The notes below the pieces were generated by a model. That model saw nothing but the letters and a program-made list of their open reading frames with translations. It did no database searches and was not told the origin of the DNA. A DNA stretch of 64,000 nt from Balanoglossus misakiensis (lineage: Eukaryota > Animalia > Hemichordata), in contig CM082580.2 in NCBI GenBank assembly GCA_040954595.2, forward strand, positions 8,410,390-8,474,389, in the 5' to 3' direction. Below are positions 34,717 through 49,096 of the stretch, in pieces (position 1 is the stretch's first letter; every line of letters begins with the position of its first letter). Position numbers and translations under genes: made by a program.

Positions 34717-37700
34717 GTCGTCAGAAGCTGCCGTGGCTTTCAGCAGAACAGTTGATGACTGGGGGTTAATTCTTGTATACGAAGCGACGTGTTTGCAGAG
34801 TTCGCACAGGAAATCTATCGGCCAGATTTGCTGTCATCCCGACGACGAGCCCGCCTCCGCGATTCATCCTCGTCGAGGGCCACGCTGGAAATCTCGTTCG
34901 ACAACTGCTCTCCGGCGCCAAGAACGTGATCACAAGCACACTGTCGTCCGCGAGTTGATCTAAGAGATATAGGATACTAAAGTTAATGATATGGGAAAAA
35001 AACTCTCAGCAATGGAATGAGAAATGTTACGTTCCCTCTTCTAAAAAGTCGTTTGCTATAAAGACGTATGGTTATAGCGTATTCGCAATCTTGATGACTG
35101 GCAACGTTTGTGTCGTAAGATTTGCCCTTAACGCAAATAGAATGATGCCCATTTGCCATATAACCGTTACACGGCTGAGAAAATAAATTTTGTCAGCGTT
35201 TCTTTTGACAGTCTCCAATGTAACTTTGAAAGCTGTCCTGTTCGTGCCTTGCTCAATGGATATTTCTCCACTAAATGGCACTAATCCATTATTGCCGCCC
35301 TTTGATCGGCTTAACTTGGCGGCTTTCACGTTAAAGAACACCTCGCTATGCGTAAACGATGTTTGTCTTTGTAAGGTGTTCGAAATACACCCTGCATTCG
35401 CACCATCTAAAAACAAGAATTTTAAAGTTGGGATGTTAACGATATTTTGAAGGCAATATGGATGGTTCAACCTTGTGAAAGATAAGTTACTGAGACTGTT
35501 GGTTTGGTCGGGTTACTTTCGTTTAACCCATCTGTATAGGGTCGAACCAATCCATGTGAATTTACCGGTGTTCTGGAGGGACTTTCCGGGAAGGTTGACT
35601 ACACGACCGTACCCGCACTTGTCCGATAACAGTCACACGTCCAAAGATGATATTTTCCCGCAAAGTTGTAATTAATAGCCACGCAGAAGCGATGATGTAA
35701 ACTCGATCGCTCGGCTCTGTCCAGTGAGTGAGTACGGTGCCAATCTCATTCAATTACACAGTTATTGACGTGAGCTCTGCCGGGCTTCTGTCCTGTCCAC
35801 ACGCTGCGGTGGTGAATAGAGGAACCGGTCGCAACTCCATGGTATTTATAGGTTTTGGGCTTCTGGTGGAGGGCAGGCGGCAAGCAGCACACACAGTGAA
35901 TGAGCAGGCACGAACGAACTCTATCAGCGGCAAGATCGTTGCCAACGCTTTGTATACAGTCACGGCACTGTTGGTTTATCGACGGCGATAAATTCTGCCG
36001 TTGGTTCCCTGACAGTTTCTAAACACCGCCCCCACACGTCATTCATTACGTCACCACAGTGCCATCTGGGGACCGTGGTTATATTGCTCTTGCAATAAGG
36101 GATAAGCGTTAACAGCAAAGCCAAAATACGAGACGGCGAATTCATGCAGTGACTCTAAATTTGAGTTCATCGGACAATCTGGACATTCTATGCAGAATTC
36201 GCCGTCTGCAGCGTCGGCGCGAGATCGATAGTAAATATCGCTGCCCCGTAACGTGTCTTACAATTTTTTTTTAAATGGGCACAAAATACGAAATGTGTTT
36301 ATATAACAAACAATAACAATAGCAATAAAAATAATAAAATAATAATAATAACAATCCATCCATCCGTCCGTCCGTCCTTTCATCCATTCATCTACCGTGA
36401 GCTTCTGAAAAAATAAAATGCTAGCCTGCAGACATCCATTTTACGCTCGAAAGAATAGTGTAAGGCGCGATGGTATTTTTAGGAAAAAAATCAATGCTTT
36501 GCCATCTTTCGAGCGTTTACTCAGAAATGAGTGATATGGTGTGGATAATGCGGCTGGTCGGAAGCCCACACCGTTTGCTTCTGACGAATATTCTCCCCGC
36601 CATTTTTCATTAGCAGCGTAGGTTTGGTCGGTTGAACTTGCATTGATGGAGATCGCCGGTAATTGCGAAGTGGTGCGTCTATACCCGATCTCCTCCGGGG
36701 GCTACACACTATGGACGGTGTTTCGTCGACGATCAAAAACGATTTGAGAGCACGGAAGTACTTTGTCTGGTCAAGCGAACGATCGAACGTAATCCCAAAT
36801 ATACTAGTACATGATGTATATAGCTCGTACATCGTGAGAACACTCACGCGAATCTGCGAGTAAGCCGAATGCGGTTTCCAGTTTATGTTATCGTGATTTT
36901 ACTCATTAGTATGGTCGCTCGTCACCTGAACGAAATGCCCCATAATTTTCTGCGATGGCGCGAACATGAACATCGTCCTTGGCTCTAGTCCTCGTGTCAA
37001 TATTTACCCCTGTCTTTTAAAGTTATACTGCCTCTTTAATTCTGCCAGAATGCGACGAGTCTGTTTGCGGCGACGTCATGCCAATGTTTGCTGCGTGGTC
37101 CTTACCGGTGATGCGGTTGGTCGTTAAATCCCTCCACGTTAAAAAAAAGTCGCGATATACTGGAGATTTTGGCGCGAAAGGGTGCTAAAATGGGTGTAAG
37201 TTTTAAAAATTTCTAGCCGCAAGCCTTAAGGACATGCAAAGTGTATGGATCCATTGCTTCTTATGTAATAATAACCGCCATGCATTAGAGCAATACAGAT
37301 TGGATATTTTGCGCTCTCCAATATTAATGAACACGAGCCACTGACGCTTAATTCAATCACGACAGTCGACGCTATATTTGCAGTATACCTTGCGACTGAA
37401 CAGTAAACATAACGCCTCATTACTCCGAGGAGTTCGGGAATTCCCTTGTGTCTCATCGGTGACGTTGGGGATTTACGCCGGGACTCGTAGAATGATGTCC
37501 CGTCGCAAAACCACAAAATTGTCGAAATAGGTCCGGATGGTCAGTGCCGCTCGTCGTTATCATTTTCAAAAATTATACAGAGAAAATAAAAAATAAAATG
37601 CAATAAAATAAAGTAAGAGTCAATAAACATACGCGAGGAAACATATGTCCAGTTACAACAGTTCCGCCGACGCTCACGACGTCGCCGGGAGGCAGGGCGA

Positions 37701-38465
37701 CCTTCATACGTCATATAGTCCCTTACTGCTGTTCTATAGAGTAATTATGAACGAGGGTAGTGTATCGGCAATGGGGTAAAATATTATATAATATATATTA
37801 TATATAAATGATAAGTCGTACCCTGGAAATACAAGACTTAATGAAAACTAGACGATCGGTTTACTTCACTGGGATCGTCGCCACACTTATTACTACTCCC
37901 CTCTGTTGATATTACCGATTTCTATTGAACAAACATTATTGCGGAGGGTACCGTACATTAGGCCATATATACTCAGAAGGGTTAATATTAGCCTACAAGC
38001 TGGCGCTATTTTTATAGGAAAGCTGTAGCGCGTTTTTATTAGTGTTAACATGACCCAAAATCAGTCGTCAGTACCTGCCTCTCTCGGGTGTACCATCATG
38101 TCGTACGTTACATTCGCCAAGCGATGTGCGTCTATATGTCTTATGGCATTAACAAAAGTATCAGCAAATTTCAGCTGAACATGTGCAAAATATCTTAGGT
38201 TGCACTCCGGCCCCTCTTATACAGCTTTATATAAGGATAGATATCGTGAGTTGTCTGCGAAAAGTATGGAAATGTAATTGCACTTTTTTGTATTCGCCGG
38301 CAAATAGCTGCAGTGCGATTTATCTCGGTTAGTGTAGCTATGACCGGAATGGTTGTTGCGATCACGACTCCTCTCTTTGTCGGGTGAAAATGATTCTTGT
38401 TGACTTAACTCACTGTCGCAAAAACGACGACATGTCAGCAGTATTGCAGACAGCTGAGGACATAC

Positions 38466-38736
38466 CCGGCGGCCATATTGGACAGGGACATTGGACAATG
38501 GAAATATTAATAATGCAAATGGTATATAGGCCTCTTGGGCTTCAAACCACTCGTCTTTTCCCCTGACCGCTTTATATACTCGTGCTGAAGCGCCGCCCTA
38601 GCCCGTCGCGAGGATTGTCGAGATGATGGATTTCATCGATGTTTTTATCGCTCTCAATCGGGGAATCGGCTATTGCTGGCCTCAATGTAGTCTCAGTTCT
38701 GCCCCGTCCTCTTTAACGTCGCTGTCTTCCAATTGG
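38466..38736 (-). promoter_or_regulatory. Candidate promoter and non-coding first exon for paralog A
   Basis: Minus-strand TATATAAA (38578-38571), GC box GGGCGG (38598-38593) and CCAAT (about 38729-38736), with a downstream donor CGG|gtatgt after 38466. The 5' UTR at 34959 begins with an acceptor, so an upstream exon is expected. Confidence 0.3.
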
Positions 38737-39261
38737 TATGCAAGAAACGAAAGGGAAAATTGCGCGCTTGCTGCGTTCGTTCATTGAAACTTCCTAATAA
38801 GATATTAATGGTTCAATAATGTCCCGTTGAAAGGGCTTTCTAAGGATGAATGAAACGGACGCGGTGTATCGATGGAATTCAATTACGAACAAGGCCGAGC
38901 GGTGGTCTCCCCTGCCCCTGGTACTCAATATAACCCTTATAAAAAATGTCTGTTCCTTTATGTTCGTATCGATTGAAATGTACATTTCCGATTTAGCAAT
39001 GCATACCTGTTTCGTGACCGCAGCTTGCGGACTTGTCTTTGTATATACCTGCCTGCGTGATTACCATTCACAATGCCCAGTTAGCAATTAAACAGACATG
39101 CCTAGGAACTACCCTATTTTAAAATCTGGCATTTTGTGAAACAGTCGCCTGACGAACATTGTGTACCATCTGAAAATGGAATGTGAAATATGTTTTACTG
39201 GCAGCCACTATATACTAACACGTAACAGTTAATTGTTATCCGATCATTTCGGACTCCAATC

Positions 39262-39480
39262 TAATCAATCAACAATCAATCAATCAATCAATCAATCAGT
39301 CAGTCAGTCAGTCAGTCAGTCATTCAATCAATCAAGTAAGCAATAAAGCATTCAATCACGAAATCAATCAATCAATCAATCAACCAACCATCAATCCAGC
39401 CAGCCAGCCAGCCAACTGAGGCTCCGCCTGCCTGTTTGTCTGTTTCTCTGTATATCTACATACAATCCAATCCAATCCAA
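39262..39480. repeat. Compound tetra/pentanucleotide microsatellite (AATC, AGTC, AGCC, AATCC)
   Basis: Directly visible. Confidence 0.9.
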
Positions 39481-42400
39481 TTCTTAAACACATACTTGTA
39501 TCAGACAGGCAAAATGACAGATAGGGTATGATTATGTGCGTCCGTTCATCCAAATGCCTCCTTGCACTTTTAATAAAAACATCTCTGTCGTAAATTCTAA
39601 GACACATTATATGTTAAGTGACAATAATTCATCGCCAGTCAATTTGTTTTATCCATAGGACTTATACTTCTCAAATTCACGACAGCGTTGGGCACTTTCT
39701 GAGAGAAAGAATACATTTTTCGAAAAAGGTAAAACTAAATAATGCCGTGCAGAGTGTGGACAGTATGCGTATATTGAAAGTGTGTCTAAGCTGAAGCGAG
39801 ATTACATGTTAATGCACATTTATAGCCATTAAATGGCGCTCTAATTTCGTCTAAGACAGATGTTATTGAATATTGTCGTTGCAATCTGAGCATCTCCTTT
39901 CATTTCCCTTGTCTTCAATTGGTGTTCAAAGACACAATGTCTGAAAGTAAATTTTACGACCATTCAAATGAATAGGAAAAAAATAGAATAAAACGTCGTC
40001 AATAAGCAGGGTATTTGTTTATGATATTCCCTGGTTCTGATCTCTCTCTGCCTTTCAGTTGAGTCAATTGATTACAGTGGTAAGAATCCATTCCTATAAG
40101 TAGTACGGAAACCGTTTCTTCGATTTGAAAATAAAATCGATTCAACATAAAAACCAATCAAATATTTTATGTTAACACAGGATGGAGCGTACAGGTACCT
40201 CGTTCCTGAATGATTGATGACTATGTAAAAGAGCAACTAGTAAAATCGGTGGCCTAAATTTAAGGGTCAAGCCGCGGGAGGATCCGTTAAGCATATGTGG
40301 GCTTGGGAAGCTTATTTAATTTTGTCGCTAAAAACTTCACAAAGTAGTAGGTGTTATTTGCCACCATCCGCGGAATTCACTAAACCCCATGTCGTTGGGG
40401 ATATTGCCCACACAGATCACGTGAATATCACGTGAACATAAAATATTAGCATGTTCTTTCCTCCAGGCACGAGGAAGTGTTTGCGGCGACTTTAAATGTC
40501 GTTCGGATGTGTGTTTTTCCATCTTATTGCAGAAGTAGTAACAAAGCTTTTAAGTTTAATGTCGTGTGTGAAAGGTAGCGTTTACGGCCGTTGACGCAAT
40601 TTGAAACGCGATGATAAATTCCGATATAAACAGTATGCCCTGTGACATGCTAAACGACGAAACGACCGTTTATAGTACCGCGAGCTTTTACAGCGACATC
40701 AGACCATCACCCTATAGAAATAATCCCTCGAAAGCCATTTGGTATGATTTCTCGGGTTACTGTTTGAATAAAAGCTGCTCTGTTGACATGTCTGCCGGTT
40801 CTTGATAATCGCAACAAAATCCGAAAATAAGTGGTTGTGTTGGCAGTCAACAGTTGTGGATATACTCTAGACCAGGACGAACCTTTCAATTTTCATCATT
40901 CGTCCTCTTTTCGCTGTCGATAAAAAATATCTGACGTCGGGGGTAAGGCAGGGTGATGTAGGCTCTTAAGAACCTCTCCTGTTAAAGCACTCATCGAGAT
41001 GGCGTCATTTTAGCGACCACATATTAACTCCACAATTAAGCTTTAAATATAATCGAGTATTGCCCTCCTATGACATCCTGTGGGTAGGCTAAACGATTAA
41101 CAGGTCTCCTATAGAGCTATCTCGATGAAGACGCGTCATTTTCCCTATCACATCTTAGTGATATTAACACAAGCACTCGCAAGACCCCAGCGATAATGCA
41201 CCAAGAAGCGTCGTTCAACAGAACTGATATCCATGACAAGCTACTCATCACGCGCTCGTTGGATGAACCCATTGATGTCTGCCTCGGCGCAGATTGAACG
41301 CTGACAGGCAAAATGCATTAATAGTTGATGCGCAGCGTATTCTGTGGTCTCAACGTCTTTTCATCAAACTGCAGATTTTAGATGTTGATGTGACCTTGCG
41401 TAAATTATTAATGTTCACACGCCAAGTCAGGAAAATGACGAAGCTAGCGCATATATTACACATGAACATGGATTTTCATCGACAGACAGACGGACGGACA
41501 GACAGATAGACAGACGAGAAATGCGGGCAATCTCTACCTATACGTATCAGACTGCAAAACGACAATCGGAACCCCGAGAGACCCGAATTGCCAAGTCATG
41601 CGGTATTAATACAGATCAACCTGTTATGGTAAAATAACGCGCCACGTGCATTCTGGGTAGGGAAATAATTTCGCGTGTTTGCGAGAATGCACTTGCGACT
41701 AATGGTAATATTTATGAGGCGAGCTGCCGCAAAACACTCGGCTGGCAGTATGTTATGCCTTTATTGCCAATTTATCGTCATTTGCTCGTCTATGTTCCAA
41801 ATCGGTCGTAAACGTACCGGTATCAAACGTTAATTGCCTCCCTGTTGCTGTGGTGACTAGCCTTTTCGTAAGAAACATGTATACGCAGGAAAGCGTTTTG
41901 TTGTTCATGAATTACTTCCTTTTCAGTAAATAGTGAAATAGTTTTTGCTTACTATGGCATAACTTTTTGTAAAACACGCCGTTGGGATCTCCCGGTTCAT
42001 TTCACAAAGAATCTCTAAAGAGATATCCAAAAGGCTTATACAAAATATGAATTCGCTTATTCCTTTCAAGGAAGACATGAAACGCGTAGAGAGAGAGAGA
42101 GACAGACATTTTAGAGAAAGTTGGAACTCGTGAAACCGAATTCAATAAATGGAACCACGGAAAAAATATCCGCTTGTTGACATCTCCGGCAAGTGATAAA
42201 CACTTCCCTGAATGCCTTTTTTCTGTGTTAACTCAATTGATGATTTAATTAAGTATTCCCGTGTGGGAATATGTAAGCGTAATAATAGCGAAATTCCTGC
42301 CTATTTTTCAGTGCGTTGTTTGAGATTTCTCGTGAAAACGTATGCGTGCTGCGACCTTTGACAAGAATTAAGTGATTTTTAATTGAGTACAACAGGAATC

Positions 42401-45400
42401 ATTAAGTACCTCAAATTGACACTCGTGACCAATCACAACCGGAAAATGAGTACGACAGATGTCCTTGCAAGCAATCGCCAAGGAAAATTTTCCAGCATTC
42501 GTGCATGGAAAATGCGGAGATTTTTTTCGAGCCAAGGGCAAGGCCATTGCGCGAACATGAACGAACTTTCCTAATTGCATTGAAGGCATATACCTCGCCG
42601 TTGATTATTTCCATGTGAGTAAATTTTGTAGCTTTGAAATGTCCCTCAAAGACGACTCGAAAGTGCCCCATAAAAATGGACTTACGGTAACCATGTTTAC
42701 CTAGCCGAACAACAACAACACGCTCTCATGAGATCTTGAGCTAAAATACAGTCAACTTGAAAATAATTCAGATGGCACAACGCGCATGACAATACGTATT
42801 GGTCAAGGAAACAGTTCGACCTATTTGAGCACATAGATACTACAATATTCTTTTTGAGGAATATCCACAGACAGCGGGCGGCCTGGAGCGGCCTAAGATT
42901 ACCTCACCACCGCGTAGAATTCACTCACCGACTATCTGCTGCAACAATCAGGCTATAGAGCAAACTCCTCAAACACAATTACTCAATTACGTGGCATGTA
43001 TGGCTTAGACACGTGGCAATGCAGCCCTCGAATGGAAGACTAAACTACTTCCCCGGGGCAATCACCATTACCTCTCGTAAACCCAGCACTATATGCTAAA
43101 CAGTAGTAAATATTAACTTTAGGAGCGAGCAACGGCGATCGCTATCTCAACGCTGTCTGCGAAACGATATTCCTCAGCAGATTATAATGTTCCCTCTTAA
43201 TTAAAACTAATAAGAATCCATCTCTGCATTACAGTGCCATAGTACTGCATCGGTGGTGACTGTGGCTTTTAAACTGTGAAGTGTGGTGATAATGTTTCAT
43301 GCACATTTTAATACACCGTTTTGTGAGAATTTTACGGCCCCTATTATCCATCGCAGATTAGGGAAGATATGGTGATGGCGAAAGTTACACTTGCAAGCTT
43401 ATGAATTGATCCTTTGCTAACAAAACGTAAAATGATATTAGTTGAAGGCAAATCCATTTTCATTTCTCCTTATAAAACAACCGTATCCAATCGCGGCATG
43501 TAATTGTGGGGATTCATGTCAAAGTAGCGACTATAGCGCCAGCATGAAATAAAAATCTTCTGCGGACCCGGCCCCACAGCCAGAGCACAATACACTCCAC
43601 TATCTGTGGAATTTTGAGTTGAGAACGTGGAATTTCGAACATTTGTCCGCAATTAAGTTTCTTACAGAGTGCATCTCTCGTATTTTCTCATTTCCTTCGG
43701 ATGTCATTTTTCATTCACGCCGACAGAAAGGCCGCTGGACGAATCGAATAATATGAAAGAAGATAAATTCTCGCAATATATCTAATATTGATATTCTAAC
43801 TATGCGCGGATCATCCCTTTGTATTTTCACACTTACTTTTATGCACTCAATATAAATCGATAAATCGATAAACCAAACGACAATCGATGGCGCAATTCCC
43901 ATTACACAAAACCGAAATCTATCAACTCAGCTGTTAGAATTTGCAGACTATGTGACGCACTATATGGTCATTCAATTTTGACAATGCGAAAAATGCAGTT
44001 AATTAAGAATATTGCGAAAATGCGGCTATATGTTGCGAGCTTTCAGTCTTGTGGGGGAATTGCTGCCGACTGAACGGTCAATATGCAATCCATGCATTCA
44101 GCGAGTAACACAACGTTTCCCTATATCAATCTTAATTAGCATTCATCCTATTCCCGAGAATGAACAATGCAATGTGTGCGGTGTATAATGAAGGGAATGG
44201 AAAAAAAAACTGCAGTATATAGTTCAGACTTTATTGATACATCAAACTTCAGTCAGAGTGAGTCAACAGACGTCGATAGATCGTTTAGTCACAAAGATGA
44301 TGACTTAGTCCATAAAGCTAGTTTACATCTTAATACCACTGCAGACATCATTTCTACACAACCCCTTTGAGACACTCTTCTGATCGCAGTTGTGAGTGTC
44401 CAAAGTAACTTTTTAATAGGCCTGTTGGCGATGGCAATCTTTCACCGTATATACATGTACCTTTTAATATTTCACTTGACCCGTTGTGATCTTGCATGAA
44501 GTTAGAGTGAATATATTCAACGCAGGGTTTGCATCCAGTTTTTCGTTGTTATCAGTAATGGATTTGGGACTATTTTCCGTCGTAAAAAAGGTTTTCCCCA
44601 GATATTAAGAAAAAACTCGTTTGTGGTCTCCATATGCTCCCTGCAAAAAAAGTCAAACCGCTGTCAGCATTGGTCAGGCGCAATTGGAAAGATAGTGATT
44701 TTTTCATTGACATTCATTAACAATGAGAGGGGAATTCCTCTACTTCCGTTTAAATAGCGAGATTCGATACTAGTTACGCATTTCCCCGAGACACAGGCGA
44801 ACTTCAATTTTTATTCATAAACTTCCATGTCTGTCTGAGTGGAAACATCTCTGATATCTTGTGGACTCAGAGAAAAGTTATAGGACCAGTAAGAGCTTAC
44901 CCCCAAACTTTAGAATACACAAAATACGTGACTATACGTGATATTCCAAACTAACTGATCTGTTAAGACGGCGGCGGTGTAGGGGAATAATTTACCCCCC
45001 ACAGATGGCATGTGATGTTTCTGTTGGATAACGCACAAGGACAAATCAAATGCAATCGATCTTGTTTGCGTGTCCATTGACTAATTGCAACCTGTGAAGC
45101 AAAACTAACAAAGAAAATTATGACTACACGTGTTTGACAGGTGTTTGACTTTTTCAGGGCTTGGCACAATATCGATCCGTTATTATCGACTTCACTGGGG
45201 GAGGTGTTGATGAATGAAAAGCCTGTCCAATTACGCAATGGGTGTGTCATCGATCCAAGTTTGTTAGCTGCACACGATCCAAGGCGCCTGATGACAAAGG
45301 TGAGTGAGCATTTCGCATACACGCGATATAGTCAAGTCTATGCGCTTTCTTGAACTTAAAATGGTAAAGTCTGGATCAAGTAACTGGCTCAAGAGTATAT

Positions 45401-48400
45401 TGGTAAACAAAGCAAACAAGCACACAACTAAACAAGGGACTTTGTCAAAGGATACGTGGATTTCTTTGGGTACTATCGTAAGTGATCCCAGGTCATTTCA
45501 GAGTTTTCCAAAAGACTGAGTCCACCCTTACCGCACGCGCGTACTTGTTCTACATCTACACTGGCGACAAATTGATAAACAAAGCAAGTTTGCGGGAGAA
45601 AAGACACATGATGGGAAAGTGGCATTGCCTTCTTCTAAAATCAGAACCGTGCGACTGATTACATAACGGTTAAATTGACCACACAAGTATGTAAATTTGG
45701 TCTCCGACGACATTTGAATATCGCATGTCGTCCGCGCACCCAAGCATAAAGGGGGAATTTTAAAGAGAGCTTAATATTGTACTTGTGAATCAACTGGTAG
45801 TGTTTGAAAGAATTGTTCAAAGTTAAGGGAGGGACTCTGGGGCTTTGGACGTGATGACCGACGACAGTTGCTCAGGAGCGAGTTCATCGACTGCACTTCC
45901 GTGTTTCCGGATAACCGGTGTATTTTTCCGGGAAAGAAATACGTCAATATGGTGGCCTGGAGCAAATGAAATCAGTGGAAAGTTATAATGAATAGATCGA
46001 TGAAAGATGGTTCGGGAAAATGAGATTGCGCGGCGTAGCGGTCCTTTTCAGGTCGCCGATAGCGAAGAAAGGCGGCTATTATCGGAGGTGAATTAATGTA
46101 TTCTTAATGACCGCGAAGTCTGTAGTGCTTGCTAATCGAATTTTCCGCGCTCGGAATGGCGAGAACAATGAAGCGAAAAAAAGGGAATGGGACGCGCGGA
46201 GGTCACGCGCGGAGAGGTGACTGTCATCTGCGTAGGGTCAAGTGGGCAGGATACGGCGGCATCGGTTTAACGCAAACATCCGGGGAGTAATTGAGTGGTC
46301 TGGCGACGTAACGGGATAAGACTTAAATCTGTAGAGATAAAGGTGGCGATTTAGCTGTGTTCTTTTTTTTTATTGGCGGAGAAATATTCCGCTGTGATCG
46401 AACTGCGCTCTTCTGGCCTTGCCCTCTTTTTCGCAACCCCTTTCAAACAAACAGGAAACGGAGAGTTATACTTGATTCGCTCTCGTTATATCCGAATTAA
46501 TAATCGACGGGGAGTTCTGAAACTCCAATCAAAGGAAGACACCACCATATGAACAGAAACATTATTGAATACTCATCATTAACACTTCCTGCAGACACCG
46601 TCTCATTAAATTCGCAGGTCTCCCAAAAGGGATCAGGAAGCCCAGCGAGGCAGGAGCGATTATGTTTCCTCCACCTACTTAGACAAAGTCCCTTATCGAG
46701 ATACGGGTCTATAGTTTTCTGATTCGAGGGTGATTCAGACGAAAATGCCTGTCATGGGGCGAAATGATTCCCGGTGTTGAGTGTCGAATACCGTTCGATC
46801 GATACAGAACCGTCGATGTCATCGTCATCTGCGCTGTCCTAATGCACTCCGCGGTTTTTGCAATGAGTTATCTCGCCCTTCTGCGTGGAGCTTCCGCGGT
46901 TAATGACCACCGGGACACACGCAAATTGGCTGAAAATCAAGCGAAATTTGGTCTAATGATAACTTCCCAGGCAAGAATGAACGCACTCATTTTGCTGCAT
47001 CCTTGGAGATAAATGGCGGAAGGGGACTGTATCGACCACCGCCGGAAATCTAATGAGGGTTGCTTTTCTTTGGCTTATCGGGCTGCCGCAATTCCATGGT
47101 CACCTTGCACTGTGTGTGTGCACCTACACATGACGCGGTTGTGATTCACGAAAGCTCACTTGCGGCAAATACGACAAGTACCCGTACTCGTGTCATTGAC
47201 ATTTCGTGACCGTAGCTATCACCAGCATATCACGTTCGTGCGAAACGACGGAAATGAAGGATTTGCAGACAGATACAGAGAAATCAACAGTTTTCCGGTT
47301 TCACTGGCCTACCACACGGATGGGTAAATTTCATTTTGACATGGCTTGGGGTGAAATCCTATACCTACATATTTCGTATACAAAGCTTAAAGGCTTCCGT
47401 TTTGCACTATACATGTACTGAGTTTGTATAAAATTGGTTTTCCAAGCTTTTATTTTGGGGGTCACGTGATGATAAAAGCTATGGCAATTCGAGGAACTGA
47501 TCGGACCAAAAGAGATATTGCTGTAGAGCGGATGTAAACATTACAATGGACAGATCCATTCGGAGAGGCCAGGGACATCTTTGAAGATGTAAAAAAAGAT
47601 ATGTGAGCCTATGTGTTTGTTTAAAATGTTAACATCACATCTCTTTAATTCAATTGACGTGTTGAACAATACACGGTGTGCCACTCAATACAGTATAAAA
47701 ATCCGTTAACTGTCCACTTCTCTGGAAATTAGAAACTTCGGTTATTGGATTTATACGCCGTGTGCATTTATTCTGCACAAAATGACGTCCACAGGGGCTT
47801 GCATTCTTGTGTTTACATATAAGGTTAACGCATAATGTGACCAATCTGACGCGTTAAATGTTTCCTCAGCTGTTTCCCTCATGCCAGGATGTGTCATTTG
47901 TCATTCAAATGTTTTTCAAAGGTTTTTGCTTCTCGGTGATTTTTTTTCTTAGTGGCCAAGGGGCGTTTTGTCGATCGAATCAGAAGCTTCGTTAAGTTTA
48001 ACGCTTTCGCTAAGTGATGGGGACCTTTATCTTAGAAGACATAAACATCGTGGCTTTACACCACGCATACTGACCGTACCCTACAAAACGCGACAGTAGA
48101 AACTGCAGTATAACACATGCAGACCCTTCAAGCTTCAATTTGCTTCGCTTCCGTCTTTAATATGGAATCGCTCATCAGTTGTCTTATCACTCAGAGCAAT
48201 ATGCGTCACTGACATGGCAGACACGACGTTGACGATATATGTGTCCCGAGGACTAGCTTTTTATTTGAATAATTGACTAAATAATAATCTTAGTAACCAT
48301 CTGGAGAAAAAATAAGAAAATCGGAAATAAAGCAATTTGCGTTGCTTTAGGCCTATGAGCGAGCAGCAGGTAGAGCAAACACACCACTGTGTCGATAATA

Positions 48401-49037
48401 ATACAGTCAGTCCCTGCCATGATCATAACATCACTCTCACGGTGGATCTAGGATCGCTGTCATATTTTGGGGACATAAAAAACCGACAAAGCGCGGTATT
48501 CGGGAGTTTTTTGGTGGTTTTCTCTATATTCAGGTATTTTACCGTTCTTGCACGTTTCATGCTGACATGCAACAACTCCAAGAATGCTTGATTCGTGTAC
48601 CTTCAAATTAAATTCCATGCCCCACTTAATGAAAGGTACATTCCTGGTATTGTATAAGACCATATTCTGTTAACATTTTTCACCCTGTCAGCGAAATCAC
48701 ATCCTTTGATTTCGTACCGATTGCAAACTGTAAACTGTTCTCAGTACTGTAAATTATAAAATTCCAGAAAACAATTGGTATGACATCCTGCAAGGCGTAT
48801 GAGTGACAGTGCGTTAATGTTGTCGAGTCTTCGTGCGTCGCCCTCTATCTCTCTGTAAGGGCCAACTTTCGAATTCTGCGCCTCGCTGTCGCGGAATTTT
48901 GTAAGACCCATATTTGAATACAGAAAGGGTACCTTCAAGAAACCGGTGATATCTGGGGACAAATCTGTTGCGGCGTGTAAGGGACTTTAGGAACGCGCAA
49001 TGTCGTGCAGCTGTATACCCGTCCATGATCTTTAAAA

Positions 49038-49096
49038 GTTTGTTTGTTTGTTTGTTTGTTTGTTAACTTTGTTTGTTTGTTTGTTTGTTTGTTTGT
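49038..49096. repeat. Interrupted (GTTT)n microsatellite
   Basis: Directly visible. Confidence 0.95.
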
